Assembly: GCA_900546395.1 (NCBI GenBank) | Contig: URDD01000001.1 | Coordinates: 9,203 to 73,202, forward strand | Direction: 5' to 3' | DNA: 64,000 bases | Origin: an uncultured Bacteroidales bacterium | GTDB lineage: Bacteria; Bacteroidota; Bacteroidia; Bacteroidales; UBA932 | Shown: piece after piece, positions 10,387 through 19,983 of the stretch | Position numbering within the stretch: the stretch's first letter is position 1 | Layout of the letters: every line of letters begins with the position of its first letter | Translations under genes and position numbers: made by a program | Notes under the pieces: model-generated | What the model was told of the DNA's origin: nothing | The model's input: the letters and a program-made list of their open reading frames with translations, nothing else | Databases searched by the model: none

Positions 10387-11570
10387 ACAGGATAGCAGCT
10401 GAATATTTATATACATTGGAGTCTCCGAATCCGATACGCAACGGTTTTGTTGAATTTGAAGATGACGGGACAATTGTTAGGACAGGAGTTTGCGACAATC
10501 TGGAAAAAGAGAAGAGATTTTATCGGGGGGCCATAGTTCCGGGTTTCATTAACACACATTGTCATATCGAGTTGTCTCATCTTGTCGGAAAATTCCGCAA
10601 AGGGTCTGGAATGGCCGGTTTTATAGACCAGATTAATGCACTGCGCGAGAGTTCTGGAAAAGAAGAGAGGGTGGAATGTATCCGCAAGTGGATGGATATC
10701 CTTTGGAATCAGGGAGTTTCTGCCATGGGAGATATAAGCAATTGTGATGAAAGTTTTTCCGTTAAGGCCATATCACCTTTATATACGAGAACTTTTCTTG
10801 AAGTATTCGGTACGGAGCCACGGGATGTACCTGCTGTAATGGAGTCTGTAAGGGGACTTCAGAAGAGTGCCTCCGGATATGGACTTGATGCGGCTCCTGT
10901 TCCGCATTCCTGCTATACTATGAGCCCTGAACTTCTTACAGCTTCAGCTGCGGATGCTCTAAAATCGGGTTTTCTGTCATATCATTCCCAGGAAAGTCCT
11001 GAAGAGGAAGAAATGATAGCAACAGGAAGCGGAGCTTTGTACGAAAATAGAAAGAAGTTGGGGATGAGTACTCCCCCTGTTACGGGAAGACCATCTCTTA
11101 TGTATTTTATTGATAGACTTAAAGAAGTACATCAGCCTCCTTTTGATGAACATATTTTGCTTGTGCACGAAGTCTGTATGACTGAAGAGGCTGCAGACGC
11201 GGCTAAAGAAGCTATGAATAATCTTTTCATAGCATTGTGTCCGATGTCCAATCTTTTTATTCATAATCAGTTGCCGCCTATTTCAATGATGAGGCGGAAG
11301 GGGTTGAAACTTACCGTAGGTACAGATTCTCTTTCAAGTAACGATACTTTGGATATGGTCAGAGAACTGTACTGCATCCATAAGACCAACCCTGATATAC
11401 AGTTCGGTGAAATCCTTTCCTGGGCTTGCCTCAATGGAGCGGAGTTCCTGGGCAAGTCAGACTTGCTGGGTTCCATTGTACCTGGCAAAAAGCCAGGTCT
11501 GGTTCTGGTTGACAATCTGGATAATGAAGGATGCGTCACTTCAGAAAGCACTTCTTCTAGACTTATTTAA
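10383..11570 (+). CDS. Metal-dependent amidohydrolase superfamily protein (deaminase/chlorohydrolase-like)
   Basis: HxH metal-binding motif PGFINTHCHIELSHL and downstream His/Asp-containing segments. Length 395 aa. Confidence 0.6.
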   Translation: MNRIAAEYLYTLESPNPIRNGFVEFEDDGTIVRTGVCDNLEKEKRFYRGAIVPGFINTHCHIELSHLVGKFRKGSGMAGFIDQINALRESSGKEERVECIRKWMDILWNQGVSAMGDISNCDESFSVKAISPLYTRTFLEVFGTEPRDVPAVMESVRGLQKSASGYGLDAAPVPHSCYTMSPELLTASAADALKSGFLSYHSQESPEEEEMIATGSGALYENRKKLGMSTPPVTGRPSLMYFIDRLKEVHQPPFDEHILLVHEVCMTEEAADAAKEAMNNLFIALCPMSNLFIHNQLPPISMMRRKGLKLTVGTDSLSSNDTLDMVRELYCIHKTNPDIQFGEILSWACLNGAEFLGKSDLLGSIVPGKKPGLVLVDNLDNEGCVTSESTSSRLI

Positions 11571-11579
11571 ATATATTGT

Positions 11580-12338
11580 ATGCTAAGGTTTGAAGATATA
11601 GTTTTCGGTCCGATACACAGCAGGCGGCTGGGCTCTTCATTGGGTGTGAATCTTCTGCCACCTAAAGGGAAGTTGTGTAATTTTGACTGTGTGTATTGTG
11701 AATGCGGATGGAACAGCGACGGAAGAGAAGACTGGAAAATGCCGGATGCATCTGAAGTCAGAGCGGCAATGGAAGAAAAGTTTTCGCAGTTGGCGAATAA
11801 TGGTGTGAAAATTGATTCCATTACATTTTCAGGGAACGGTGAACCTACAATCAATCCTGATTTTCCTGATATTATAGATATTACTCTGGAACTCAGAGAT
11901 AAATATCTGCCAGGAGCTGCAGTTTCAGTATTGTCCAATGCAACTCTTGCTGGACGTAAGGAAATCAGAGAGGCGCTTATGAAAGTAGATAACCCTATTT
12001 TGAAAATAGACGCCCCTACAGATGAAGGAGTTGCAGTAGTGAACAAGCCAGCTTTTCCATATAGTATTGAAGAAACAATAAGTCATTTGTCTGAGTTTGG
12101 AGGGAATTTTGTCCTTCAGACTATGTTTATGAAATGGGAGAGGTCGGATTCTTCGGATTCAGAATGGCTTGCCGGCTGGATGGATATAGTGAGAAGGTTA
12201 AAGCCTCGTGAGATAATGGTCTATACATTGGACAGAGAAGCTCCGCAAAAAGGACTTGAAAAGTTTACAGTCAGTCAGATGACTGATTTTGTCAGACCAC
12301 TGATTGATGAAGGGTATAATATTCAGATAAGAGGATGA
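11580..12338 (+). CDS. Small radical SAM protein
   Basis: CxxxCxxC cluster CNFDCVYCECG near the N-terminus and a glycine-rich GNGEPT motif. Length 252 aa. Its end overlaps the dtd start (ATGA). Confidence 0.65.
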   Translation: MLRFEDIVFGPIHSRRLGSSLGVNLLPPKGKLCNFDCVYCECGWNSDGREDWKMPDASEVRAAMEEKFSQLANNGVKIDSITFSGNGEPTINPDFPDIIDITLELRDKYLPGAAVSVLSNATLAGRKEIREALMKVDNPILKIDAPTDEGVAVVNKPAFPYSIEETISHLSEFGGNFVLQTMFMKWERSDSSDSEWLAGWMDIVRRLKPREIMVYTLDREAPQKGLEKFTVSQMTDFVRPLIDEGYNIQIRG

Positions 12339-12790
12339 GAACAGTTATACAGAGAGTCAGGAGCGCCTCTGTGGAAGTGCCGGAAAGCGGTTACATGGCA
12401 TCAATAGGAACTGGCCTGCTGCTTTTGTCTGCTTTTATAGAAGGAGATACTGAAGATGATTTGCGGTGGGTGGCAAGAAAGGTTGCAGCAATGAGGATAT
12501 TTGATGATACAGACGGCGTAATGAACCTTTCTGTCCGTGATATATGTGGTGATATATTGATTGTCAGTCAGTTTACGCTGTATGCTTCTACAGTCAGAGG
12601 TAACAGACCTTCATATATCAAGGCGGCTAAACCGGATATTTCGGTTCCGCTTTATGAAAGATTTTGTAAATTGGTGGCTGAAGAGCTTGGAAGGGAAATC
12701 AAGACAGGCGTCTTTGGAGCGGATATGAAAGTTTCACTTTTGAATGATGGTCCTGTAACAATATTGGTGGATTCAAAAATAAAAGAATAG
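12335..12790 (+). CDS. dtd: D-aminoacyl-tRNA deacylase
   Basis: MRTVIQRV...SQFTLYA...NDGPVT aligns along its length with E. coli Dtd. Confidence 0.9.
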   Translation: MRTVIQRVRSASVEVPESGYMASIGTGLLLLSAFIEGDTEDDLRWVARKVAAMRIFDDTDGVMNLSVRDICGDILIVSQFTLYASTVRGNRPSYIKAAKPDISVPLYERFCKLVAEELGREIKTGVFGADMKVSLLNDGPVTILVDSKIKE

Positions 12791-12810
12791 ATATTATAAA
12801 TAATTGTATT

Positions 12811-13704
12811 ATGACCGACTATTGTGCAAAATATGGTTATTCTCCTGATAAGGAGGCGATTGACAGGGCTTTGACACTTGTCGCTTCAAATCTGGAGAAT
12901 GTTGTTTCAAGGCAGGTTTTGCTGGACTGCTTTTCCATGATGGATCTTACATCCCTCAGAACCGATGATACACCGGCTTCCATAACGAAACTGGTAGAGA
13001 AAGTAAATGATTTTCAGTCTGAATATCCGGACTTTCCTCTTCCGGCCTCGATTTGTGTCTATCCAAACTTTGCAGAGACTGTCAAAGCACACAAAAAATG
13101 TGATGATGTGCATATTACTGTTGTTGCAGGGTGTTTCCCGTCATCCCAGAGTTTTACGGAAGTAAAAGTAAGAGAATGCGAACTCGCTGTCGAGAAAGGA
13201 GCGGATGAAGTCGATATAGTATTGTCTTTGAGCTCTTTCCTTGAAGGGGACTATGAGTCTGCATCTGACGAAATACGAAAAATCAGAGCTTGTATAGATG
13301 CGCAGGCTGCAAAGCAGGGACGTCAGGTTCATTTGAAAGTCATCCTTGAGACAGGTCTTCTGGTATCTCTTGAATCTGTAGCCCAGGCTTCTTTTCTTGC
13401 AATGGAAGCAGGAGCGGATTTCATAAAGACATCTACTGGAAAAGTCTCTGTAAATGCTACTCCAGCTGTATCGTATGTTATGTGCGAATGTATTCGTGCA
13501 TACTATAAGGCTACCGGAAAGAAAATCGGATTCAAGCCTGCCGGAGGAATTTCTACGGCTCTGGATGCGGTATCATATTATACGATAGTATCTATGATTC
13601 TAGGCAAGGAGTGGCTCAATAAGGATTTTTTCCGTTTTGGAGTCAGCCGTATGGCCAACAATATTATCTCAGAAGTTCTTCAGAAAACAGTAACATATTT
13701 TTAA
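12811..13704 (+). CDS. deoC: Deoxyribose-phosphate aldolase (long DeoC form)
   Basis: MDLTSLRTDDT, ADEVDIV, LKVILETG, ADFIKTSTGK and GFKPAGG match E. coli DeoC, including the Schiff-base lysine. Confidence 0.85.
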   Translation: MTDYCAKYGYSPDKEAIDRALTLVASNLENVVSRQVLLDCFSMMDLTSLRTDDTPASITKLVEKVNDFQSEYPDFPLPASICVYPNFAETVKAHKKCDDVHITVVAGCFPSSQSFTEVKVRECELAVEKGADEVDIVLSLSSFLEGDYESASDEIRKIRACIDAQAAKQGRQVHLKVILETGLLVSLESVAQASFLAMEAGADFIKTSTGKVSVNATPAVSYVMCECIRAYYKATGKKIGFKPAGGISTALDAVSYYTIVSMILGKEWLNKDFFRFGVSRMANNIISEVLQKTVTYF

Positions 13705-13789
13705 AACGCGTATATGACCAAACTGCTTGAAGTCAATGCCAAACACATTTGACAAGCTGCTTGATAGAGCGTTTTAACATTGCTTCAAC

Positions 13790-13821
13790 GGCCTTGCAGA
13801 TATCTGTAAGGCCGTTTTTTT
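13790..13821 (+). terminator. Rho-independent terminator after deoC
   Basis: GGCCTT stem, a 12-nt loop, AAGGCC, then TTTTTTT. Confidence 0.7.
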
Positions 13822-13862
13822 AACTTAAACGTTTATTATTTATAAACACGGATAATCAGCCA

Positions 13863-13870
13863 TACTTTTG
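13863..13870 (+). promoter_or_regulatory. Candidate -7 box TACTTTTG (TAnnTTTG) for the HExxH lipoprotein gene
   Basis: Lies 25 nt upstream of the ATG at 13895 and overlaps the alternative ATG at 13868, which argues for the 13895 start. Confidence 0.3.
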
Positions 13871-13894
13871 TTTTGTAAATTAAAAACAGGAGTT

Positions 13895-15460
13895 ATGGAC
13901 AGATTATTGGGAATGATTCTTATTTTGACGCTGCTTTTTTCTTGTAATAGCAGCGTACTGGAGCCGGATAACGAATTTCCGGACAATGCTCTTGAAGATG
14001 TCGGACATGAGATGATAGTATTGGGGGAAAGGCTGGAAAACCCATATACTACCGAAAATATGACAAAGGCTCTTCAGTCTCTTTATCCTACAAAATCGCG
14101 TGTGGAGCTGTCTCCTACTCATCTGTATGTGAGATTTCTTCCGTTGGAAGAGTCTGATTTTGATTTATTGGACGGTCTTGATTTGTCAGACCATCCGTTG
14201 GATTATAAGATTGTCCGCGATGGTGACTATTATCACGATCCTTCTATAGATGATGATGACGCCACTTGGCAATATGCTGTCGTTCCGCATGATTATGTGT
14301 TTCCAGATGTTTATTATGAACTTATAGATGAGTGCTTCATTAAGGAAACTGGCGGCGTCCCAAGACGTTCCGGAGACATAGACTGGGATGCTGTGGAACG
14401 TGAGTCATACAGGATTACAGGCAATGGGGAAGTAGTGGAGCCGCTTACTAAATCCGGGAAAGTCAATCCTTCCGGAATGATTACAATTTTAGATGAAAAG
14501 GTCAATGGAGGAAAACCTTTCGGACTCTCGGGAGTGCGTATAAGATGCAACAGTTTTGTTAAGTTCTCACATACCTATACTGACAGGGACGGATATTATA
14601 CCATACCTAAAAAGTACTCGTCCAATGTCAGATATCGTATTGTTTTCAAAAATGAGAAAGGATTTGCCATCGGATTTAACAAGCTTCTGGTACCGGCTTC
14701 CACAGCGGCATTGGGACGTCATTCCCCTGAAGGACTTAATTATACTGTAACAGAAAGGTCAGAGCGCAAGCTGTTTACCAGAAGTGTCGTTAACAATGCT
14801 GCATACGATTATATATCAAGATGTTCTTCGGAGGATATGTCTATCACCTTGCCTCCTGACGATTTAAGAATCTGGCTTTTTCAAGGAATGACTGCCAGCA
14901 GTGCGGTTATGCTTCATCATGGAGCAGTAGTTGACAGCAAGGATATAAGTAAGTTTTTAGGAGGCTTTTCAACAGTACTTAGATTTTTTGCTCCTGATTT
15001 GACCCTGGGGATGAAGAATAAGACTGAATATAGTGAAATATACAGCGACGTATGTCATGAGATGGCACATGCCAGTCATTTTGCTCAGGTCGGAACAGAC
15101 TATTGGAACAGATATATAAAATTTATAATAAAAGCATTTGTGTCATCAGGAGGAAATACTTACGGTAACGGAAATGAAACGGATGCCGGCTATTGCGCAG
15201 TCGGTGAAATGTGGGCATACTATCTTGAAAGCCTTATGTATAAGGAGCGCTATGGAGGAAATGTACCGTCATTCGGCAACTCTTTTTGGTTTTCCCCTCA
15301 GATTTTCAGGGCTTTGGATCAGAGAGGTATTAAAAGATCTGACATACTCTTGGCACTTGCGCCGGATGTCTCTGATGTACGTATATTGAGGACGAGGCTA
15401 CTTGCTATGTTTCCGGCAAAAACCGGCATAATCAATCAGGTCTTTAACAGATACAGATAG
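13895..15460 (+). CDS. Putative zinc metallopeptidase lipoprotein with an HExxH motif
   Basis: Lipoprotein signal MDRLLGMILILTLLFSC and the motif VCHEMAHASHF around residue 390. Family not assignable without a search. Confidence 0.5.
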   Translation: MDRLLGMILILTLLFSCNSSVLEPDNEFPDNALEDVGHEMIVLGERLENPYTTENMTKALQSLYPTKSRVELSPTHLYVRFLPLEESDFDLLDGLDLSDHPLDYKIVRDGDYYHDPSIDDDDATWQYAVVPHDYVFPDVYYELIDECFIKETGGVPRRSGDIDWDAVERESYRITGNGEVVEPLTKSGKVNPSGMITILDEKVNGGKPFGLSGVRIRCNSFVKFSHTYTDRDGYYTIPKKYSSNVRYRIVFKNEKGFAIGFNKLLVPASTAALGRHSPEGLNYTVTERSERKLFTRSVVNNAAYDYISRCSSEDMSITLPPDDLRIWLFQGMTASSAVMLHHGAVVDSKDISKFLGGFSTVLRFFAPDLTLGMKNKTEYSEIYSDVCHEMAHASHFAQVGTDYWNRYIKFIIKAFVSSGGNTYGNGNETDAGYCAVGEMWAYYLESLMYKERYGGNVPSFGNSFWFSPQIFRALDQRGIKRSDILLALAPDVSDVRILRTRLLAMFPAKTGIINQVFNRYR

Positions 15461-15505
15461 ACTATGATATTTTAAAAAGGAAGAAGAGAATGATAAGGAG
15501 ATAAT

Positions 15506-16069
15506 ATGGATTGGCGATATATAGGTGTATTCTTGGTGGCGATGCTCCTCGATGGTGGATTTGTTTATGGGCAGAAAATGTCGGTATCTTCAAACCTTGC
15601 AGGATATGCTGCATTGGGAACATTGAATGCTGAATTTGCGTATTCAGTTTCAAGGCACTGGAGTTTGCAGGTAGGGGCAGAATACAATCCCTGGACATTC
15701 AGGAAAGGTATTGCAGGAAAGCAATTCCAGATGAGACGGCAGAGTTATTCGACTTCAGCTAAATACTGGTTCTGGCATTTCGGTTCAGGATGGTGGATAG
15801 AGGGGAAGATTCAGTATCAGGAGTATAATGAGGGAGGTTTGATGAGGAGAAGGACAGAGGAGGGAGACAGGTTCGGTTTAGGGTTTGCCGCAGGATATAC
15901 CTATATGTTGCATCCTAATATAAACATAGATTTCGGTTTGGGATTCTGGGGCGGTTATGCAAAGTATGTGCAGTTCAGATGTCCGTCTTGTGGATTGATG
16001 GAAAGGAAAGGAAATAAAGCATTCATTTTACCGGATGATATTTTAATAGCAATTACATATGTGTTCTGA
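15506..16069 (+). CDS. DUF3575-family small outer-membrane beta-barrel protein (pilus-locus associated)
   Basis: Signal peptide, alternating aromatic/Gly beta-strand pattern (GLGFAAGYTYML, FGLGFWGGYAKY), 187 aa. Confidence 0.55.
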   Translation: MDWRYIGVFLVAMLLDGGFVYGQKMSVSSNLAGYAALGTLNAEFAYSVSRHWSLQVGAEYNPWTFRKGIAGKQFQMRRQSYSTSAKYWFWHFGSGWWIEGKIQYQEYNEGGLMRRRTEEGDRFGLGFAAGYTYMLHPNINIDFGLGFWGGYAKYVQFRCPSCGLMERKGNKAFILPDDILIAITYVF

Positions 16070-17921
16070 TAGAAATATACCTTGTTTGTTTGCATTGCTT
16101 TCCTTAATGATATTATGCTCTTGCTCAGTGTCAAGACGGATTTCCGAGTTAAGAGATTCCGGAAAAAATGTTGTTCTGTCGCTGCCCTCTGATGAAGAGG
16201 AAGAAGATACGGCAAAAACGGATTCAGCAGAATACTTATCGGCTGGAAAATCCGTGATTATGAATGCCGTCTTGGATTCAATTACAGGAGATATGGTAGC
16301 ATCAGATGTAATACGGGCATCTAAAATTACTGCGAGATTCCGGCACGCGGCGGAAAGAAATGGCAAGATTTCTCTTGCCTTTGATGTATCTGTACCTTCT
16401 GAAATGCTGGAATCGTCATGGCGGCTGCGTCTGTTTCCGGTAATGGATATTCTCGGAGACTCACTTTGTCTTGAACCATTGTTTGTTACGGGAGCCGGAT
16501 ACAGGTCCGCTCAGGAGAAAGGCTATCAGAGATACAAGGCTTTTCTGTCATCTATTATAAAGGACAGTACTGACTTCCTTATGTTGCATTCTTTGGAAAT
16601 GTTCATTCAAAGGTACTTTCCGGATACTTATTCAATGAAGACAGATTCTTCATATGTTTCAGCGAAAGAGGAGGAAAATATTTTTGGGGTTTGCAGGAAA
16701 GAAGTGGTGGAACATTATACTAGACAGGGACTTATAAGAAGAAATGAACGAAAGAAAAAGATATCGGAGAAAATGTTGTCAAAAGTAATAGCACCTGTTA
16801 ATAGCAAGGTGAGGCTTGATACAGTTATATGTTCTTCTTCCGGGGAATTGGTTTACAGGTATGTCCAGACTATAGAAAGCCGGCCAGGTCTTAAAAAGAT
16901 ACCAGTAACGGTATCAGGAGGTATTTATGAACTTGGAAGGCAATTATATTCATTTCCTGAACCTGAAAATATAGTTTTTTACATTAGTTCTCTTTCAACC
17001 TTGGCAGATACTGCATCCAAATATGTGCTCAAAGTCATTGAACGTAATGTTTATGAAGACAAGAACGCTGTCATTGATTTCAGTCAGGGTTCGTCTCAGA
17101 TTGATTTGTCACTTGGCAGCAATGAAGAGGAATTCAGTTCAGTCAAGGATTGGGCAGGGAAAATACTATCCAGTGAGAAATATGTGACTGATTCTATAGT
17201 TGTTACAGCTTCGTGTTCTCCTGAAGGTAGATATAGTTTTAACGAATTGCTGTCAAGGTCCAGGGCAGAGGCAGCAATGCTTTTTTTCTCAAATTATTTT
17301 CCTGATATGGATAAACAGGTTTTCAAGGCATCGTATATACCTGAAAATTGGAGCAGACTGAAGAAGATGGTAATTTCAGACAACTATATGTCCCAGGCTT
17401 CGAAAAACACAATATTGTCGTTTGATGCAGTAAAGAGTCCGGATGGCTCAGAAACGAAATTGAAATCTCTTCCGGAGTATGAGTATATAAAGGAATCTCT
17501 CTATCCGGGTTTGAGAAATGTAAAGTTCGGGATATTTATGCATAGGAAGGGTATGCAGAAAGATACTGTACATACGGCTGAAATAGATTCTACTTATATG
17601 GAAGGCATTAAAGCTCTTACATCACTCGATTATAGGAAGGCTGTAGGGCTGCTCGGGAAATATGAAGATTATAATTCTGCATTAGCTTATCTTTCAGCTG
17701 GTTATGATGAAAAGGCCTGGAAGGTAATATCAAAAGTACGGGGTCATACACCAAAATTGGATTATTTGGCAGCACTGGCTTTGTCCAGACTTGGAAAAAT
17801 AGAAAAGGCATATAGGTATTTCAAATATTGCGTTGAGGCAGATCCTTCCATGCTTCACAGAGGAAGACTTGACCCGGAAATGAATGAAGTAGTTGAACAA
17901 TACGAAAATGAAAGATATTGA
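16059..17921 (+). CDS. DUF3868-like protein with a C-terminal TPR-like region
   Basis: Signal/lipobox LCSCS, 620 aa. Its position between the DUF3575 and fimbrillin genes matches Bacteroidales pilus loci. Confidence 0.4.
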   Translation: MCSDRNIPCLFALLSLMILCSCSVSRRISELRDSGKNVVLSLPSDEEEEDTAKTDSAEYLSAGKSVIMNAVLDSITGDMVASDVIRASKITARFRHAAERNGKISLAFDVSVPSEMLESSWRLRLFPVMDILGDSLCLEPLFVTGAGYRSAQEKGYQRYKAFLSSIIKDSTDFLMLHSLEMFIQRYFPDTYSMKTDSSYVSAKEEENIFGVCRKEVVEHYTRQGLIRRNERKKKISEKMLSKVIAPVNSKVRLDTVICSSSGELVYRYVQTIESRPGLKKIPVTVSGGIYELGRQLYSFPEPENIVFYISSLSTLADTASKYVLKVIERNVYEDKNAVIDFSQGSSQIDLSLGSNEEEFSSVKDWAGKILSSEKYVTDSIVVTASCSPEGRYSFNELLSRSRAEAAMLFFSNYFPDMDKQVFKASYIPENWSRLKKMVISDNYMSQASKNTILSFDAVKSPDGSETKLKSLPEYEYIKESLYPGLRNVKFGIFMHRKGMQKDTVHTAEIDSTYMEGIKALTSLDYRKAVGLLGKYEDYNSALAYLSAGYDEKAWKVISKVRGHTPKLDYLAALALSRLGKIEKAYRYFKYCVEADPSMLHRGRLDPEMNEVVEQYENERY

Positions 17922-17945
17922 TGTATAACTCAAATTTTATCGCTT

Positions 17946-18923
17946 ATGAAAAATGTATTTATTATTGCGGCTGCATCTGCTTTGGTATCCGTAGGATGTG
18001 CAAAAGAAAATCTCTGTCAGGAAACAGTCCCGAACAAAACAGTGTCTGTGGATATTTCTGTACCTGTAGCAACAATGACAAAGGTTACAGATCTGTCAGA
18101 TGAGACTAAAGTCAATTCTCTGCAGATATTCTTGTTCAGGGAAAACGGTATGTTGGAAGGGTATAAATCAGTCGCAGCTGCAAATGTAAGTTTTGATTGC
18201 AGTACAGGTATAAAGGATATAGCAGCTGTCGTTAATGCTCCAGAGATTAAGGATGTAAAAACATTCCAGTCCTTAAAAGAACAAATATCGGATTTGAGGG
18301 ATAACTCAGCAGGAGCATTTGTAATGTACGGTACTAAACGGCAGCAGATATCAGAAGCTGCCACTTCTGTAAGTGTCGATGTTTCAAGGCTGGTTTCAAG
18401 AGTTTCCATAACACAGATTACAAATAGTTTCGAGCTTGAACAATACCGTCAGTCAAAGTTTGAACTCAAACGGATTTATCTGGTTAATGTGGCTGGAAAT
18501 AAAGAATATGGAGGAACAGCAGAGGCTACATCCTGGTATAATAAAGGTAAGCTTGATGAGCAAGTTGAGACCCTCCAGCTGATTTCTTCAGGAAATATTG
18601 AAAATTCAGAATTGAACTACAGTTCGGTTTACAATACAGCGCATTATTTTTACTGTTATCCTAATTCGGCTACAGATGAGAATGCGCAGTCTATGAGACA
18701 GAGTCCGACAAGGCTTGTTGTTGAAATGGCAATAGACGGAGCTGTTTATTATTATCCTGTAACTATTCCGGATATAGACAGCAATCATAGTTATAATGTA
18801 AAATTGAATATCAAGAGGCTTGGTTCTTTGGCTCCGGATATTCCTGTTGAATTTGAAACCGCAGGCTTTACAATAAATGTCCAGGACTGGGTGACAGGAT
18901 TCGATAAAGAGGTTACAATATAG
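17946..18923 (+). CDS. Mfa/FimA-like fimbrillin lipoprotein (type V pilus stalk-like)
   Basis: Lipoprotein signal MKNVFIIAAASALVSVGCAKEN, 325 aa, beta-rich. Follows DUF3575 and DUF3868-like genes. Confidence 0.45.
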   Translation: MKNVFIIAAASALVSVGCAKENLCQETVPNKTVSVDISVPVATMTKVTDLSDETKVNSLQIFLFRENGMLEGYKSVAAANVSFDCSTGIKDIAAVVNAPEIKDVKTFQSLKEQISDLRDNSAGAFVMYGTKRQQISEAATSVSVDVSRLVSRVSITQITNSFELEQYRQSKFELKRIYLVNVAGNKEYGGTAEATSWYNKGKLDEQVETLQLISSGNIENSELNYSSVYNTAHYFYCYPNSATDENAQSMRQSPTRLVVEMAIDGAVYYYPVTIPDIDSNHSYNVKLNIKRLGSLAPDIPVEFETAGFTINVQDWVTGFDKEVTI

Positions 18924-18974
18924 GCAGTAAGCATGTCTGTGTTATGATACATGGATATTCTGTCCTGAATTGAG

Positions 18975-19772
18975 ATGAAGATGAATACAAAGACGATAAT
19001 TGGCTTGATTATTTTGCTGCCGGCTTTAACATGCTGTCTTACGGCTTGTTCCGTAAAGGAAAACAGAGCAGAATGCCCATGTTTCCTTATAATGGATTTC
19101 AGTGAGGTCCGGAGTTCGGAAATGAGACATTCAGATGTTGATATAGAAAGTTCGGACGGCTTTTTGTATAACGACAAGATTCCAGCATCGAAGTATGGGG
19201 AAAGACATGTTGTTGCTGTTCCGAGGACTGGCGTTTTCCTGAATGTATCATATGGCAGTGAAAACTGTTTCAGTCCAGGAAACGGCTTCTTAGTGACAGA
19301 TGGACAGAATTTTCCTCCGTTATATTTGTATTCATCTTATCTTGATACAGATGCAGAGGTCGTTGAGTCTAAAGTAAAGATGCATAAGGAACATTGCAGA
19401 ATCAATATCGGAATGAAGGCTGTATCCGGACCGTTTCCTTTTTCTGTTTCCGTAGAAGGGGATATATGCGGTATAGGAATGGACGGCACGCCTGTCTCAG
19501 GGGCCTTCAGCTATTCTCCTGCAATAAATGATGAAGGAACTTGTTACGTCCGTGTCCCGCGTCAGACTTCTTCGTCTCTTATTCTTAAAATTTTGGATAA
19601 AAATGATGTTTTGAGATCATTTTCAATAGGAGAGTATATAATTGAAAGTGGCTATGATTGGACTGCTGAAAGCCTTGAAGATGTTAATGTTGAGATAGAT
19701 TATGCTAAAACGGAAGTCTCGTTTACAGTAAATGATTGGGAAAAAACAGTACATTTTGATGTTGAAATATAG
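18975..19772 (+). CDS. Fimbrial anchor-like (Mfa2/FimB-like) lipoprotein
   Basis: Lipobox LTCCLTAC, 265 aa. Located directly downstream of the fimbrillin gene. Confidence 0.4.
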   Translation: MKMNTKTIIGLIILLPALTCCLTACSVKENRAECPCFLIMDFSEVRSSEMRHSDVDIESSDGFLYNDKIPASKYGERHVVAVPRTGVFLNVSYGSENCFSPGNGFLVTDGQNFPPLYLYSSYLDTDAEVVESKVKMHKEHCRINIGMKAVSGPFPFSVSVEGDICGIGMDGTPVSGAFSYSPAINDEGTCYVRVPRQTSSSLILKILDKNDVLRSFSIGEYIIESGYDWTAESLEDVNVEIDYAKTEVSFTVNDWEKTVHFDVEI

Positions 19773-19788
19773 TTAGGAATTAAAAAAC

Positions 19789-19801
19789 TTTTGTATCTTT
19801 G
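19789..19801 (+). promoter_or_regulatory. Candidate promoter -7 box for tRNA-Leu (TTTTGTATCTTTG)
   Basis: TATCTTTG at 19794-19801, 16 nt before the tRNA 5' end. Confidence 0.4.
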
Positions 19802-19816
19802 CACCACTTTACTGAG

Positions 19817-19900
19817 GCGCAGGTGGCGAAATTGGTAGACGCGCTACTCTCAGGAGGTAGTGCCAGAAATGGCGTGTCAGTTCGACTCTGATCCTGCGCA
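19817..19900 (+). tRNA. tRNA-Leu (anticodon CAG)
   Basis: Manual fold gives acceptor stem GCGCAGG/CCTGCGC and D-arm TGGCGAAATTGGTAGACGC. The anticodon loop is CTCAGGA, there is a long variable arm, and the T-loop is TTCGACT. The sequence is near-identical in its 5' half to E. coli tRNA-Leu(CAG). CCA is not encoded. Confidence 0.85.
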
Positions 19901-19983
19901 CTTTAAAATGATGGCTGTCCTTGTTGGGGCAGCCATTTTTTATTTGTACTTTTACATCAATGTATTTAAAAAGCAAGATACCG

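Noticed and set aside
13868-13894. Upstream ATG (MFCKLKTGV...) as the start of the HExxH lipoprotein
   Set aside because: It would overlap the best -7 promoter box (13863-13870) and would place 9 extra residues before an otherwise canonical lipoprotein signal peptide. The 13895 start is preferred.
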